A stretch of 64,000 nt of DNA from an uncultured Planctomycetaceae bacterium (GTDB lineage Bacteria; Planctomycetota; Planctomycetia; Isosphaerales; Isosphaeraceae), in contig CAWIAD010000002.1 in assembly GCA_963833985.1 (NCBI GenBank), positions 1,312,001-1,376,000 of the forward strand. Reading direction: 5' to 3'. This document shows, piece after piece, positions 37,598 through 47,929 of the stretch. A program made the position numbers and the translations under genes. Every line of letters begins with the position of its first letter. Within the stretch, counting starts at the first letter, position 1. Under the pieces are notes generated by a model. The model ran no database searches and was not told the origin of the DNA. It saw only the letters and a list, made by a program, of their open reading frames with translations.

Positions 37598-38551
37598 ATG
37601 GCGACCAGTGGCGAGCAAGTGCTTCCGGTGGTGCGTGTGGCCGAGCTTCCCAGCGATGAGCTCGCGGAGCGATGGCTGGTGGAGCAGCTCTGGTGTGCCC
37701 ACGCGGTGGGCGTCATCGGCGGCGCTCCGAAGTGCGCCAAGACGTGGCTGGGGCTGGACATGGCCCTCTCCGTAGCCACGGGCACACCATGCCTGGGCAA
37801 GTATGCCGTACCGGAGCCGGGACCGGTTCTGGTTTACCTGGCTGAGGATGCGCTGCGGGCTGTGCGCGAACGTATCGAGGGAATGGCCCGGCATCGCGGT
37901 CTGGATCTCGACGAGGTGTCGATCCACGTGATCACGGTCCCGGTGCTCCGGCTCGATCACGATCGAGACCGCACGCGGCTGTGGGAGACAGTGCGGGGGC
38001 TTCGGCCTCGGCTGCTGGTGCTGGATCCCCTGGTGCGACTTCACGGCATCGACGAGAATCATGCTGGCGACGTCGCCGAATTACTCGGGTATCTGCGGTC
38101 GTTGCAGCGTCAGCTTGGCCTGGCGGTTCTGCTGGTGCATCACACGCGGAAGAACGCCGCGGACGGTGTTGCCGCCGGTCAGGGCCTGCGTGGGTCGGGT
38201 GACATACATGCCTTCGGCGACTCGAACCTGTATCTCCAGCGCACGAAGGAGCACCTGATCCTCTCCAGCGAGCACCGGTCGGCGCCGGCAGTCAGCGCCT
38301 GTTTATCTGGAGCTGGTCGCCACCGACGCGGGGACAGCTCACCTGGAGGTCATCGCAGCGCCTGATGATCGGAACGGGCGCGACCTCGAAGGGCAAGTGC
38401 TGAATCTTCTGGCTCAAGGCCGAGTGCTTACGCGAGCGAGCCTGCGTGATTCGCTGGCGGTGAAGAACGAGCGTTTAGGGACGGTACTGGAGTCACTGGA
38501 GCGCACGGCAAGATCGGCCGCACAACTGGAGGCTGGCGACGTCTCCGCTGA
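37598..38551 (+). CDS. RecA/RepA-like (AAA_25, SF4-helicase-like) ATPase with C-terminal wHTH-like region; two frameshifts
   Basis: GAPKCAKT, YLAED, LLVLDPL, VHHTRK, LRGSGD; continues PVYLEL...LRDSLAVKNERL...GGWRRLR*. Confidence 0.75.
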
Positions 38552-38566
38552 TCATCCGGAGCGGAC

Positions 38567-38601
38567 CGTTCCGTTCCCCTTCCGGAGAGGGGAACGGAAC
38601 G
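38567..38601. repeat. Perfect 14-bp inverted repeat with 7-nt spacer inside the transposon right arm
   Basis: CGTTCCGTTCCCCT-tccggag-AGGGGAACGGAACG. Confidence 0.9.
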
Positions 38602-38671
38602 ATCCTCCTGCAGTGAAATACACCATCGATCATCTTGCCCAGATGGCCATCGATTATCGCGGCCACTCTCA

Positions 38672-39155
38672 GGAGGCTGGCCCGTGTGGTGTGACTTCGC
38701 TGCGGCATCTCCTGGTACTCCACCTGCCGGAACACAGACTCGATCTCATTAAGGTCCGGCGCATACGGCGGAAGGAAATACAGGTAAACCCCTCTTGCAG
38801 CCAGCCCTCGTCGAGCTCGCCGGACGACGTGGCTGGTGTGCAGACCCGCATTATCAAGCACCACGACACGAGGGACGCTGGCTCGGGGTAATGCCCCGAG
38901 GAACTTCAAGAAATCATAGGAGTCCCAGGTGCGATCCGCGGTGAAGACTTCGAGCCGCGGTGAGTGCCCGTAAGGCCGATATGCCGCCATGGCGTTGCCC
39001 CGGCGGCGCTGCGGACTCTCGTAGCCGATCCGCTTACATTGTCCCCGCAGGGACCAGCTATAGGCCGTCAGCAAGGTGGGTGCAAAGCCGCATTCGTCAA
39101 GGTAGTAGAGCTTCAGGCAGCCAGCTGATGCTTTTTTTTCAAGTTGTCCAGCACC
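38672..39155 (-). pseudogene. IS630-family transposase, catalytic (orfB) part with A8G slippery site; N-terminus lost at the ISAs1 junction
   Basis: YYLDECGF, VVLDNAGLH, LPPYAPDLNEIE; T8 at 39132-39139 on the plus strand reads TTG AAA AAA AAG on the minus strand. Confidence 0.85.
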
Positions 39156-40415
39156 CAGGGCGATTGCGCCATAATGGGTAATTTGGCATGATTGGGCGGA
39201 CGCGATTTCGCCGCTTGTTGCGAATCAGCAAGGGTCGAGGAGATCGCGCGAGCCCGGAATTCATGACATGTCGAAATCCAAGTCTGTTCGGATCGCGGAC
39301 CATTTCGCGGAACTGACCGATCCGCGGCGTCGTGCGGTGACCTACCCGTTGATCAATGTGGTAGTCATTGCCGTGTGTGCTGTGATCTGTGGCGCGGATG
39401 ATTTCGTCGCCATCGCCAAGTTCGGCAAGACGAAGCATGAGTGGCTGGCGCGGTTTCTCGATCTGAAGACCGGCATACCGTCGCACGATCGTTTCAATGC
39501 GATCTTCGCCGCCCTCAAACCGGCGGAGTTCGAGAAGTGTTTGCTGAGCTGGATCACGGCTCTGCATGAAGTCACCGGCGGGCAGGTGATCGCCATCGAC
39601 GGCAAGACGCTTCGCCGCAGCTTCGATACGGCCAGCAGCAAGACGGCCATTCACATGGTGAGTGCCTGGGCGACCGCCAATCATATTAGCTTGGGGCAGG
39701 TCGTCGTCGACGCCAAGAGCAACGAGATCACGGCCATCCCGAAACTGCTGGAAATGCTCGAATTGGCCGGCGCGATGGTCACCATCGACGCGATGGGTTG
39801 TCAAACCGAGATCGCGCGGCGAATCGTCGACGCAGGCGCGGATTACTGCCTGGCCGTGAAGGATAACCAACCCACTTTGCATCAGGGGATCATCGACTAC
39901 TTCGCGAGGCACGTGGAGGACGACTTCGCGGGCGTCCGGATGCGTCACCATACGACTGATGAAAAAGGGCACGGGCGAGTGGAGACTCGTCACTACATGA
40001 TCTGCCCTGTTCCCGACGATTTGCCAGACCGTTTGCGTTGGCCCGGCCTGAAGGCGATTGGAGTTGCCATCAACATAACACAGCGCGACGGCGAGACGGT
40101 CGGCGAAAACCGCTATTACATCCTGAGCAAATTCGTCGCGGCCAGCCGTTTCGCCGATGCCGTACGGTCGCACTGGGGTATCGAAAACCAACTGCACTGG
40201 CAACTCGATGTCACCTTTCAGGAAGACCAATGCCGCATCCGCCAAGGTCACGCGGATGCGAACTTCAGCATCCTCCGCAGGGCCGCACTGAGCCTGTTGA
40301 AGAACGAGACCACACTGAAAGTCGGCATCAAGAACAAACGCCTCACCGCCGGCTGGGACGAAGCCTATCTCGAAAAAGTGCTGATCGGCTCATGACTTAA
40401 GGTGCAATCGCCCTG
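39156..40415 (+). mobile_element. ISAs1-family insertion sequence
   Basis: IRs CAGGGCGATTGCGCCATAA and rc CAGGGCGATTGCACCTTAA (17/19); flanks not duplicated. Confidence 0.92.
39268..40395 (+). CDS. ISAs1-family transposase
   Basis: DPRR, IAIDGKTLRRS, KSNEITAIP, TIDAMGCQ, HGRVETR, HWGIENQLHWQLDV. Confidence 0.95.
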   Translation: MSKSKSVRIADHFAELTDPRRRAVTYPLINVVVIAVCAVICGADDFVAIAKFGKTKHEWLARFLDLKTGIPSHDRFNAIFAALKPAEFEKCLLSWITALHEVTGGQVIAIDGKTLRRSFDTASSKTAIHMVSAWATANHISLGQVVVDAKSNEITAIPKLLEMLELAGAMVTIDAMGCQTEIARRIVDAGADYCLAVKDNQPTLHQGIIDYFARHVEDDFAGVRMRHHTTDEKGHGRVETRHYMICPVPDDLPDRLRWPGLKAIGVAINITQRDGETVGENRYYILSKFVAASRFADAVRSHWGIENQLHWQLDVTFQEDQCRIRQGHADANFSILRRAALSLLKNETTLKVGIKNKRLTAGWDEAYLEKVLIGS

Positions 40416-40526
40416 ATCCGCGGGGTCACCAAGCGGAACCCTCGCGCGGTCGTCGATCGCCTGCTCTCCCTGACGGGATGACAACGAGGCCAACTACGGC
40501 AAGCACAGACCAGAGTCTCTGGGAGT

Positions 40527-43500
40527 TTATTGCTCCTCTAGCCTGAGCAGTGCTGGCCTTCTACTTCCGCGAGTCTGTACGACCAAATTCTGCTCGGCAC
40601 AGCGACCAACCAATTCGACGGGTTCCGAGAGGAAAGCAAACGGACGGGGTTTCACTTGCCGTCGGATCTCGTCATGGCACTCATCCAGTTTATGGATCTC
40701 CGTATAGGGCGACGGTCGGCTGTGGAAGAAGCCCTCCTTCAAGTCGAACACCCAATTCCCTAGCCCAGCGGTCTCTCCTGTCAAACGCCACTCCTGCGTA
40801 CGTCGATTCACGACCCATGCCATTCCATTGGATTGCCGCACTGCAAGCTCGTCGCCATCAGGAGAGAATTGCAGACCGACGATCCACCTCGTCCCTCTTT
40901 GGTACAGTTCCTCACGAGGTTGAAAGCATTCAACCGACGCTTTTCCTCCTTCTAGGCCAGCGACTGGGAGGATCAGCACGGTGTTGGAGCGGAAGCCTAT
41001 GGCCAATAGAGACCCATCGCTCGATAAGGCGATGCTTGCGATACCTAGCTTTGTAGTCTCGAACTCACGACTTGGACAGAAATCCTGTCCGTCCTCGGAC
41101 AGCCATAGCTCGTCAAGCCGACTATTCTGGAGGACATCTGGGCTTTGTTTCGTAAGCCATTCGAGGACGCCGATCCCGAATGGCTGGACCGATTCGCCTA
41201 TGATGTGATACAGATGCGCGTTCTGACCACCGACGGCGAACAGCGTACCGTCGTGCGTACAAGCTACGCACGATGGTCTCCACGTCAATTCGATCGACAC
41301 CAAGACATCGATGCCGGAGGGAGTGTACCGCCATACGTTCAGTTGCCCCTCTAACTCGGCGACTCCAAGCAGTGGCGCGGTCGAAGCAGCGGCCAAGCCT
41401 GCGAATTGGCCCGACAGCCGTTTCGATTGCCGGCTTTCTGCTCGCTCCAACTCGAGCGTGATAATCTCGTCGGCCTCCGTGGCCATCGCGAAACGGCTGT
41501 CATTGTCGTAGAAGCAACCGGCAATGACACGGCTGCTCGCTCCACGATGAACGTAGACCACCTTGCCGTTAACCGCGTTCCGAGTCACAAGTCGCCCATC
41601 TGAGGTTGTCATTCCAAGAAGCTTCTCGTCTCGGCTGAGCGCCGTCCATGTCGTCGTTGGCGGCACAGATACGGAATGATCGCCCCGCATGACCAGAACC
41701 TGACCCCACCGCGTGCCGATGTAGAAGCTTCCGTCTTCTCGACCGGAGGGCGCCACACACGTCGCGTCGCATGCGCCCGGAGTTCGCGTTGCGACCAGCT
41801 TCTGCTGATGGCTAACTGAGTAGATCACGACTTCGCCAGCGCTGGTGACGACTGCGCAATGCATGCCGTGTGGATCAGCGGCAATGTGCGTTACTCTGCC
41901 GTCCAGTTGACATTGCGTTCTCGTGTCTTCGAGGATCGACGCATCGGACAGTACCTGATGAACCCACAACGATTGATCCTGAGTCACCGCGAACATGCGG
42001 GTTCCCTCGCCTGAAAAGGTGACCGAAGTGACGGAACTCCCAAGATCCAAGTGCCCTCCCCAAATCGCTTGGTGCTGATCGAGTAACTCCCCTTCCAGCC
42101 AAAGCGAATAGAGTCTTCCCTTCTCAGTGCCGATGATCAGCAGATCATCTCTCTGCGGCACGAATGCTACGCACGAGCAAAGATCTCCTTTCTCGGGCAA
42201 CTCAAAGTTCACGTTGGTCCGAGAGTCCAATCGACGGACGTATACACGATCCGCATGGTCGGCAATTGCTACACAGAGCTTCGCTTTTTCTGATATCGCA
42301 ACGTCGAGTACGGGAATCCCTTGCTTCATAGCCCCCGGTCGGTCTTGAGCGTCGGGCGTGTCATTATTGACATAGAACGAGTGAATAGGTTCACCGCCTG
42401 AACCTTGCGCCAGGCCATTTTTATCCTCGACCCATAGATGCACATTCCCTCTTGTATTTCCAGTCGCAAGCACTCGCGCTACTTGTCCCCATTGCGCAAG
42501 TGCAGTGGTGACGCGAGCGTGTGGTCAATGTGCGGTGTTCCACGACAGCAACATGGGGGTTGTAAGGAAATTGACTTCTCTCCAACATAATTCCACTTGC
42601 TTCCCAAGGCACAATGCTCCCATCCTGAGCAAAGCTGACCACCAGTTCGGGGTCGGGTCTCTTTGGTGTGAGAACGGCTAACGCCGTGATCGAGGACGTG
42701 TGAACGTGGAACGCAGGAACGGTGAGATGGTCGGGGCGTGCGATGGTACGCACCCATTGCCGTCGAGGGTATCCGAATTCGCGCCACTTCGTGACCAAAG
42801 CGACGAGTTCCCCATCAGGGGGTTCTGCACGGTCGTCGATCTCCCTCCAAGTTGGCGCGGCTTCGTGCTGTAAACACTGGAACAAATGGTCTGGGTGGTC
42901 GAGCACAAAAGCCATGTGGCGCTTGAGTGCTTTGGCAATCTGACGTATCGCCTCACATTGGCGGTAATTCCGAGGCAACTTATCGCCCACTCGTTCGAGG
43001 TCGTCGATAAGCCCGACGACAAGCTCGGAGCCACTCTCGGAGGCCTTTGCCTCGAGGAACTTCAGGTCAGTAAGCAGGGGCGCGAGGTCGTCCCATCTCT
43101 CGGCCTCGAGGAGGTGAGTGGGCAGGAATCGGAGGTAATACGCCGACATTCCTGCGGCGTTGGCCCTCCACTCTGCGAGGCCGGCTTTTGCCAGGCGATC
43201 ATGGCCGTTGGATCGGCTCACATAAAAATGCCTAGCGCGTGCTTTGTCCGTGAGCCACCCTGCCAGCCACGAGGCGGCGAAGCTGTAGCGAGCGCCGCCC
43301 GAGCTAGGCTGGGCGTGCAACCAGGTCGCGACCCGGTCCAGGAGGTCCCGCAGTTTGTACTCGGCCTCCATTCCTGTCGCCGCCCCGATCAGTTTCGTTG
43401 TCGGTGGTTCCTGCGCAGCGAGGATGACTTCGAAGACGGTCCTCGTATCCTCGAACCCCCGGGCATCGGGAAATAGTCGTCTCAGCGAGCGGCTGACCAA

Positions 43501-45480
43501 CGCGTCGAGCCCCTTAGGTAGCTTGTCCAACTCGTCAAAACTGTTCTGATCCTGCTCGATGCCCTGAATTGCCAGCCTGACGTAGAGGAAATTCCGATCA
43601 CTTCTCTTAATCAGGAGGGAGGCTGCCTCATCCAACGTCACACGGGCTTGCGCAAGTCGCTCTTGCAAGTTTGGCTCACCGAGCCAACTGGAGATGAACC
43701 GACGCAGGTCTTCATCGACGTCCTTAAGGTGGGCTGGATTGTCAGCCCCGATCTCCACCGGTGGGCGCACATCAGAGAATTGCTGCAGGACCTCGGGGTC
43801 ATTGCTTGCGGTGGCAACGACTCGAAGCCAGGCGGGCAGTCGCCGGGTGCGACAGCAGAGAAGGTCCAGGATAGTCTGTTTTGAGACGTTGCGGTCAAGC
43901 GATTCGTCGAGCGCGTCGATCACGATGTACGCCACGTCGTCCCGATTGCGCGGCAGGCGTTGGAGGGGAGCGAGGATCCCGGCCTCGAAGGCGCTGGCGG
44001 GGTCAGCGCGACAATTCGCCGGACCGAGCGCTTCTTTCTCTGCATCGGACAGCGCCTCCCAGTATCCCGCCAGGTTGCCAGCTAGCATGCCGGCCAGGCT
44101 CCTGACGAAGCGCGACGGAGCCAACGTCTCAGGGGTATCGTACTGGCAGAAGTGGTAAGCCAGGATCCGCCCACTTGGGTTGCGGCGGACAAGCTCGGCC
44201 AGGAATGTGGATTTACCAACCCCCATGTTCCCCGTAAGTAGGAGAACCCGCTCTGCGCCGTGTGCGAGCCAGGCGTCGACTTCGTCGAAGAGCCAGGGCC
44301 GGTGGGTGTAGCGACTGAGCTTCTCCTGGAGGTAAGCCGAAAAGTCCAGCGGTTCAGGCACCGACGCCGTGCTCTCCAGCCAGTCACGTAATGCCGCAGC
44401 GAGGTCCCCAGCAGTCTGGAACCTCTCTTCTGGCTGTTTCCGGAGACACTTGCGGACGATTTCATCTAGGCTTCTGGGGACCGACGTATTCAAATCTCTG
44501 AGAGGCGGCGCCTCATAGTTTTCGATCCAGTTTTCGATCTCCTCCCTCGTACCCTGAAACGGTCGCCGACCGGTCAGTAACTCGTAGAAAACCACGCCCA
44601 GACTCCAGACGTCCGACCGCCGATCAGGGCTGCCAGCTCGGCCCTGCACCCATCGCAATTGTTCGGGAGAAGCGTAAATGCGCGTGGCGCCGGGCGAGGC
44701 TTGGCGCTCAAGCAGCTCACCCGCCGCACCCGCAAGGCCAAAGTCGGCGATGCGCGGTCCGCCCTCGTCGTCGAGGAGGATATTCGCAGGCTTCAAATCG
44801 CAGTGGATCAGCGCCTGCCTGCCCTTCCCCCGCTCGTGTAGGCGATGCAGCGAGTCCGCCACTCGTTGCATGAGCTGGGCCGCCTCTCTGGGCTGGACGC
44901 CGGAAGGGTGGCTGCGGATCAGATCTTCCAGGGAGCCTCCCGAGAGCAACTGCATGACGACGTAAGGTTGGCCGTTTTCGAACTGGCCGTAATCGTGCAC
45001 CTGGACAACGCCCTCCAGCTCAAGCCTGGCAAGCGTCTGCATCTCCTGCTCGAAGCGTCTGACTGCCTGCGGGCTGGAAAGGCGGTTCGAGTTGAGGACT
45101 TTTAAGGCCACCTCGCGACCCATCTTCGTATCCCTCGCGCGAAACACGGTACCAAAGCCGCCTGCGCCGAGCTTCTCGACAAGGGCGTATCGGACGCCAT
45201 ATTCCTTTGGTTCCGCGTCCCACGCACGCCGGACTGCCGCGTCCTGCCCAGGAAAGCGGCCTATATACTCGGCCAAAGTCGGCAACTCACCTGCATGCCA
45301 CCGGATGGGATGCTCCTCGCGCAGGAGATCCTCGAGCAGGTTCGGCCTCTCGGTATCCGCCACCTGCATGAGGTAGTCCTCGATGGACGGCCGCTGACCA
45401 GCCTTGAAGGCTTCTTTAAACTCGTAGCATAGGCGTACCCGTCTCCTGTCAGGCGATCCACGTTGGTCTTCAGAGAGCAT
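40527..45480 (-). CDS. Ser/Thr kinase - NACHT/STAND-like ATPase - WD40-repeat protein (~1,650 aa; frameshift near 42500)
   Basis: LGAGGFGTV, VALK, HCDLKPANILL, DFG; GNMGVGKS, AYHFC, IVIDALDE; degenerate WD40 blades (HTSSITALAV, SVTSVTFSGEG, IALSSDGSLLAIG, LQFSPDG). Confidence 0.85.
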
Positions 45481-45513
45481 GGCTGACTGCGCTCCAGTGC
45501 GGGTCTTGTCGGC

Positions 45514-46113
45514 CTACCTGTCGGCCGCGAAGGTCTGGTCCCATTGCTCGTGGATGTTTACCAGTTTGCGGTAGACCGTTCTCTCCGTCATCCTTAGTGC
45601 CTCGGCGATCTCTGCCCGGGTTCTCCCTCCAAGGTCCATCTCGGCGATTTGTTTCAGCTCCGCGTCATCCAGCTTGTCGATCGCAACGCGGTAAGTGTCA
45701 CGTAATTCGGCGAGAGCCTCAGGCCCGGTGAGCTGACTCACGACGCCGTCCATGCCATCTGCAACATTCATTGATGAGTCTCGGCCACCGCGTTTCTTTG
45801 CTGTTATTCGATCGCGCTGGTCGTAGACCTTGCGGATCATGATCTTCACCAGTAGCCCCCAGAGTTCGTGACGGTTCTGCAGGTTCCGGATCTGGCCCGC
45901 CTTGACTGCGGCGCAGAAGCTATCGAATGCGCTAAGTGCAGCGTCCTCCTCATCCTCCGTCGGACGGGGTATGTTTCCGAACTTCCTGCGGTAAGTTTGG
46001 CGTCCCAACCCTACTAACCTCTCGAGATATCGCTCGACGAGCCGGGTCACGGCATCCTCGTCACCCTCGTAGAGCCCGTCGAACCAGGCTGTCACGCTGT
46101 GCTGCTCTGCCAT
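45514..46113 (-). CDS. ECF-type sigma factor (kinase-associated type)
   Basis: SVTAWF..L..GD..AV..L..RY, DEEDAALSAF, LWGLLVKI..RKV, KKRGG, EIAEALRMTERTVYRKL. Confidence 0.88.
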   Translation of the reverse strand: MAEQHSVTAWFDGLYEGDEDAVTRLVERYLERLVGLGRQTYRRKFGNIPRPTEDEEDAALSAFDSFCAAVKAGQIRNLQNRHELWGLLVKIMIRKVYDQRDRITAKKRGGRDSSMNVADGMDGVVSQLTGPEALAELRDTYRVAIDKLDDAELKQIAEMDLGGRTRAEIAEALRMTERTVYRKLVNIHEQWDQTFAADR

Positions 46114-46368
46114 GGGTGAGTTCATCCCAATTTCCCGGTTCGATCGCGCGTCTCGAACCTGCAAGTCCTCTGAGGGCGCGAAACTTCGGACGCAAGACCC
46201 CGTCTCCAGGTTCCCGCCCTACTGCGCGATGTGTGCGAGCATTTCTTGCCCGTCGTGTCAGTCCCGGCGGGAAACGGCGGAGTTTACACGCGGAGACGGC
46301 GATCGCCGCGGGAAGTCACCGTTGACGTCGCCATGAGACGGGTCGCCGTCTCTGGGAGAACTAAAGCC

Positions 46369-47628
46369 ATGTTACCGCTAACTATGAAGCACTTGGAGTG
46401 GGCAGCGCTGATTCTGCTTCTTCCAGCGGTCGCCCGGAGCCGGACGGCGGAAACCCTCGTCCCCCACCCTGCCGTGGAATCCGCGGCGGCCGGGGCGAAC
46501 CCGATGAACGCGACGCGCCAACTCGGTCGGTTCGGTGAGTCGTTCGTCCGCGAGAACCTGCGCGCTAGCGGATACGAAGTCTACGACGCCAATCTGAATG
46601 ATCGCGGAATCGACCTTCTCGCGGTGAAGCGGAGCCCTCAAGGCGAACTGATCGAAGTGCGGCCGATCGAGGTCAAGACGCGCTCGCGAGGAGTTGATTT
46701 CCGGCTCGAAAGTACCCAGGACGGCTTTCAACTCTCCTCTGGGTGGACCGACAAGCGGCTCGCTCAACTGGCGCGGGATCACCCCGATCCTACGCTGCGC
46801 CGCCTCGCGGCCGATGTGCTGGTCCTCAAGGATTCGCATCCCGAGAGGATCAGGCCGCGACTCCACGGCCTGTCAACCGGTGATAACGCCTACAAGGTCT
46901 TCCTCATTGAACCGAAGTCGGGGGCCATTCAGGGCCTGGAGAGCGAGAGTTCACTCACGAGATTCCTGAGGAAGCTCGCCGAGGCCAACGTTAAACCAGC
47001 CATCCGACAGGCCGCAGTCCGGCACCTCCAGCAGTTCGACCAGATCCAGGCTGGCGTCTTGAGTCGCGAGGCGTCTTCCACCGCCGTAGCGGCCCGACCG
47101 GTAACTCCGGCCAGCGCTGTCTCAAAGCAGGTGCCGGGCCCAACATCGACGTCCCTTTCGGAGGCCGCCGAGGTCGTGGCCTCCGAATCCGGGGTGATCG
47201 CCAAGGCGCTTCCCATCGCGGCCAAGACAGTGGCTGTCGCCGCAGTGGTTGCCGATGGCGTCACGCGTGGCCATCAGGCCTATCAGGTCGAGCAGCGGTT
47301 CCAGCGGGGCGAGATATCCGACCGCGATCGGGTTCTCGCCCATGCCAGGAACGGCAGCGGGATGGCCTTGAGCTGGACAGGGGCTGCGGCCCTCGCATCG
47401 CAGGGAGCCGCTTGGGGCTCGGCGCTCGGTCCCTTCGGGACGGCAGGCGGTGGTGTCATCGGCGGCGTGGCCGGCTACCTGGGCGGAGAAAAGGTGGCCG
47501 AGGTCGCGGTCGAACATGGCGCCGACGCTATCTACGCCGGAGTCAATGCCGCCCGAGATTCGGTGGGATGGGTCAACGGCCAAGCCACTCAACTGTGGGG
47601 CGTGACCAGGTCCCACCTTGGTTGGTGA
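46369..47628 (+). CDS. Putative exported protein with PD-(D/E)XK nuclease-like domain and C-terminal glycine zipper
   Basis: Signal-like MKHLEWAALILLLPAVA; GRFGESFVRENL...GIDLLAV...IEVKTR; GAAWGSALGPFGTAGGGVIGGVAGYLGG. Confidence 0.7.
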   Translation: MLPLTMKHLEWAALILLLPAVARSRTAETLVPHPAVESAAAGANPMNATRQLGRFGESFVRENLRASGYEVYDANLNDRGIDLLAVKRSPQGELIEVRPIEVKTRSRGVDFRLESTQDGFQLSSGWTDKRLAQLARDHPDPTLRRLAADVLVLKDSHPERIRPRLHGLSTGDNAYKVFLIEPKSGAIQGLESESSLTRFLRKLAEANVKPAIRQAAVRHLQQFDQIQAGVLSREASSTAVAARPVTPASAVSKQVPGPTSTSLSEAAEVVASESGVIAKALPIAAKTVAVAAVVADGVTRGHQAYQVEQRFQRGEISDRDRVLAHARNGSGMALSWTGAAALASQGAAWGSALGPFGTAGGGVIGGVAGYLGGEKVAEVAVEHGADAIYAGVNAARDSVGWVNGQATQLWGVTRSHLGW

Positions 47629-47788
47629 TGCCGACGGCCCTCCAGCCGTGGACGACCTACGGGCAGTCGGCGAGTTTGGTAGCGGCTTGCGGACGCGAAT
47701 AAACGACTACCACGCGATTGCTTCATCCAGGCTCCGGATCATCCCGATCGACCGGTCTGAGAAACTCTTTCATTGAAAGGACCTCATC

Positions 47789-47929
47789 ATGGCCAGACGA
47801 GTGCGACACATCCAGGCGAGGCCGGGCGAGTGGATCAAGGTTCATCGGCCCCGGCGCCAGAACAACTTCGACGATTACGGCTGGATCATCATCGTTATCT
47901 TCCTGCTCCTCAGCTTCCGGGGATGCTGA
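47789..47929 (+). CDS. 46-aa single-TM small protein (not in ORF track)
   Basis: AAAGGA RBS; MARRVRHIQARPGEWIKVHRPRRQNNFDDYGWIIIVIFLLLSFRGC*. Confidence 0.6.
   Translation: MARRVRHIQARPGEWIKVHRPRRQNNFDDYGWIIIVIFLLLSFRGC

Larger units (their letters stand above)
34447..38671 (+). mobile_element. Four-gene TG...CA transposon with 5-bp TSD (GGAGG)
   Basis: GGAGG at 34442-46 and 38672-76; ends TGTGCGTGAGCAGGCTAAGCGACG and (rc) TGAGAGTGGCCGCGATAATCGATG match at 15/24; excision restores the interrupted IS630 ORF. Confidence 0.9.

Noticed and set aside
34447..38671. CAST or Tn7-like targeted transposon
   Set aside because: No TniQ/TnsD, TnsA, Cas gene or array lies between the defined ends.
39146..40425. 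Target-site duplication around ISAs1
   Set aside because: The left flank GTCCAGCACC and right flank ATCCGCGGGG do not match.
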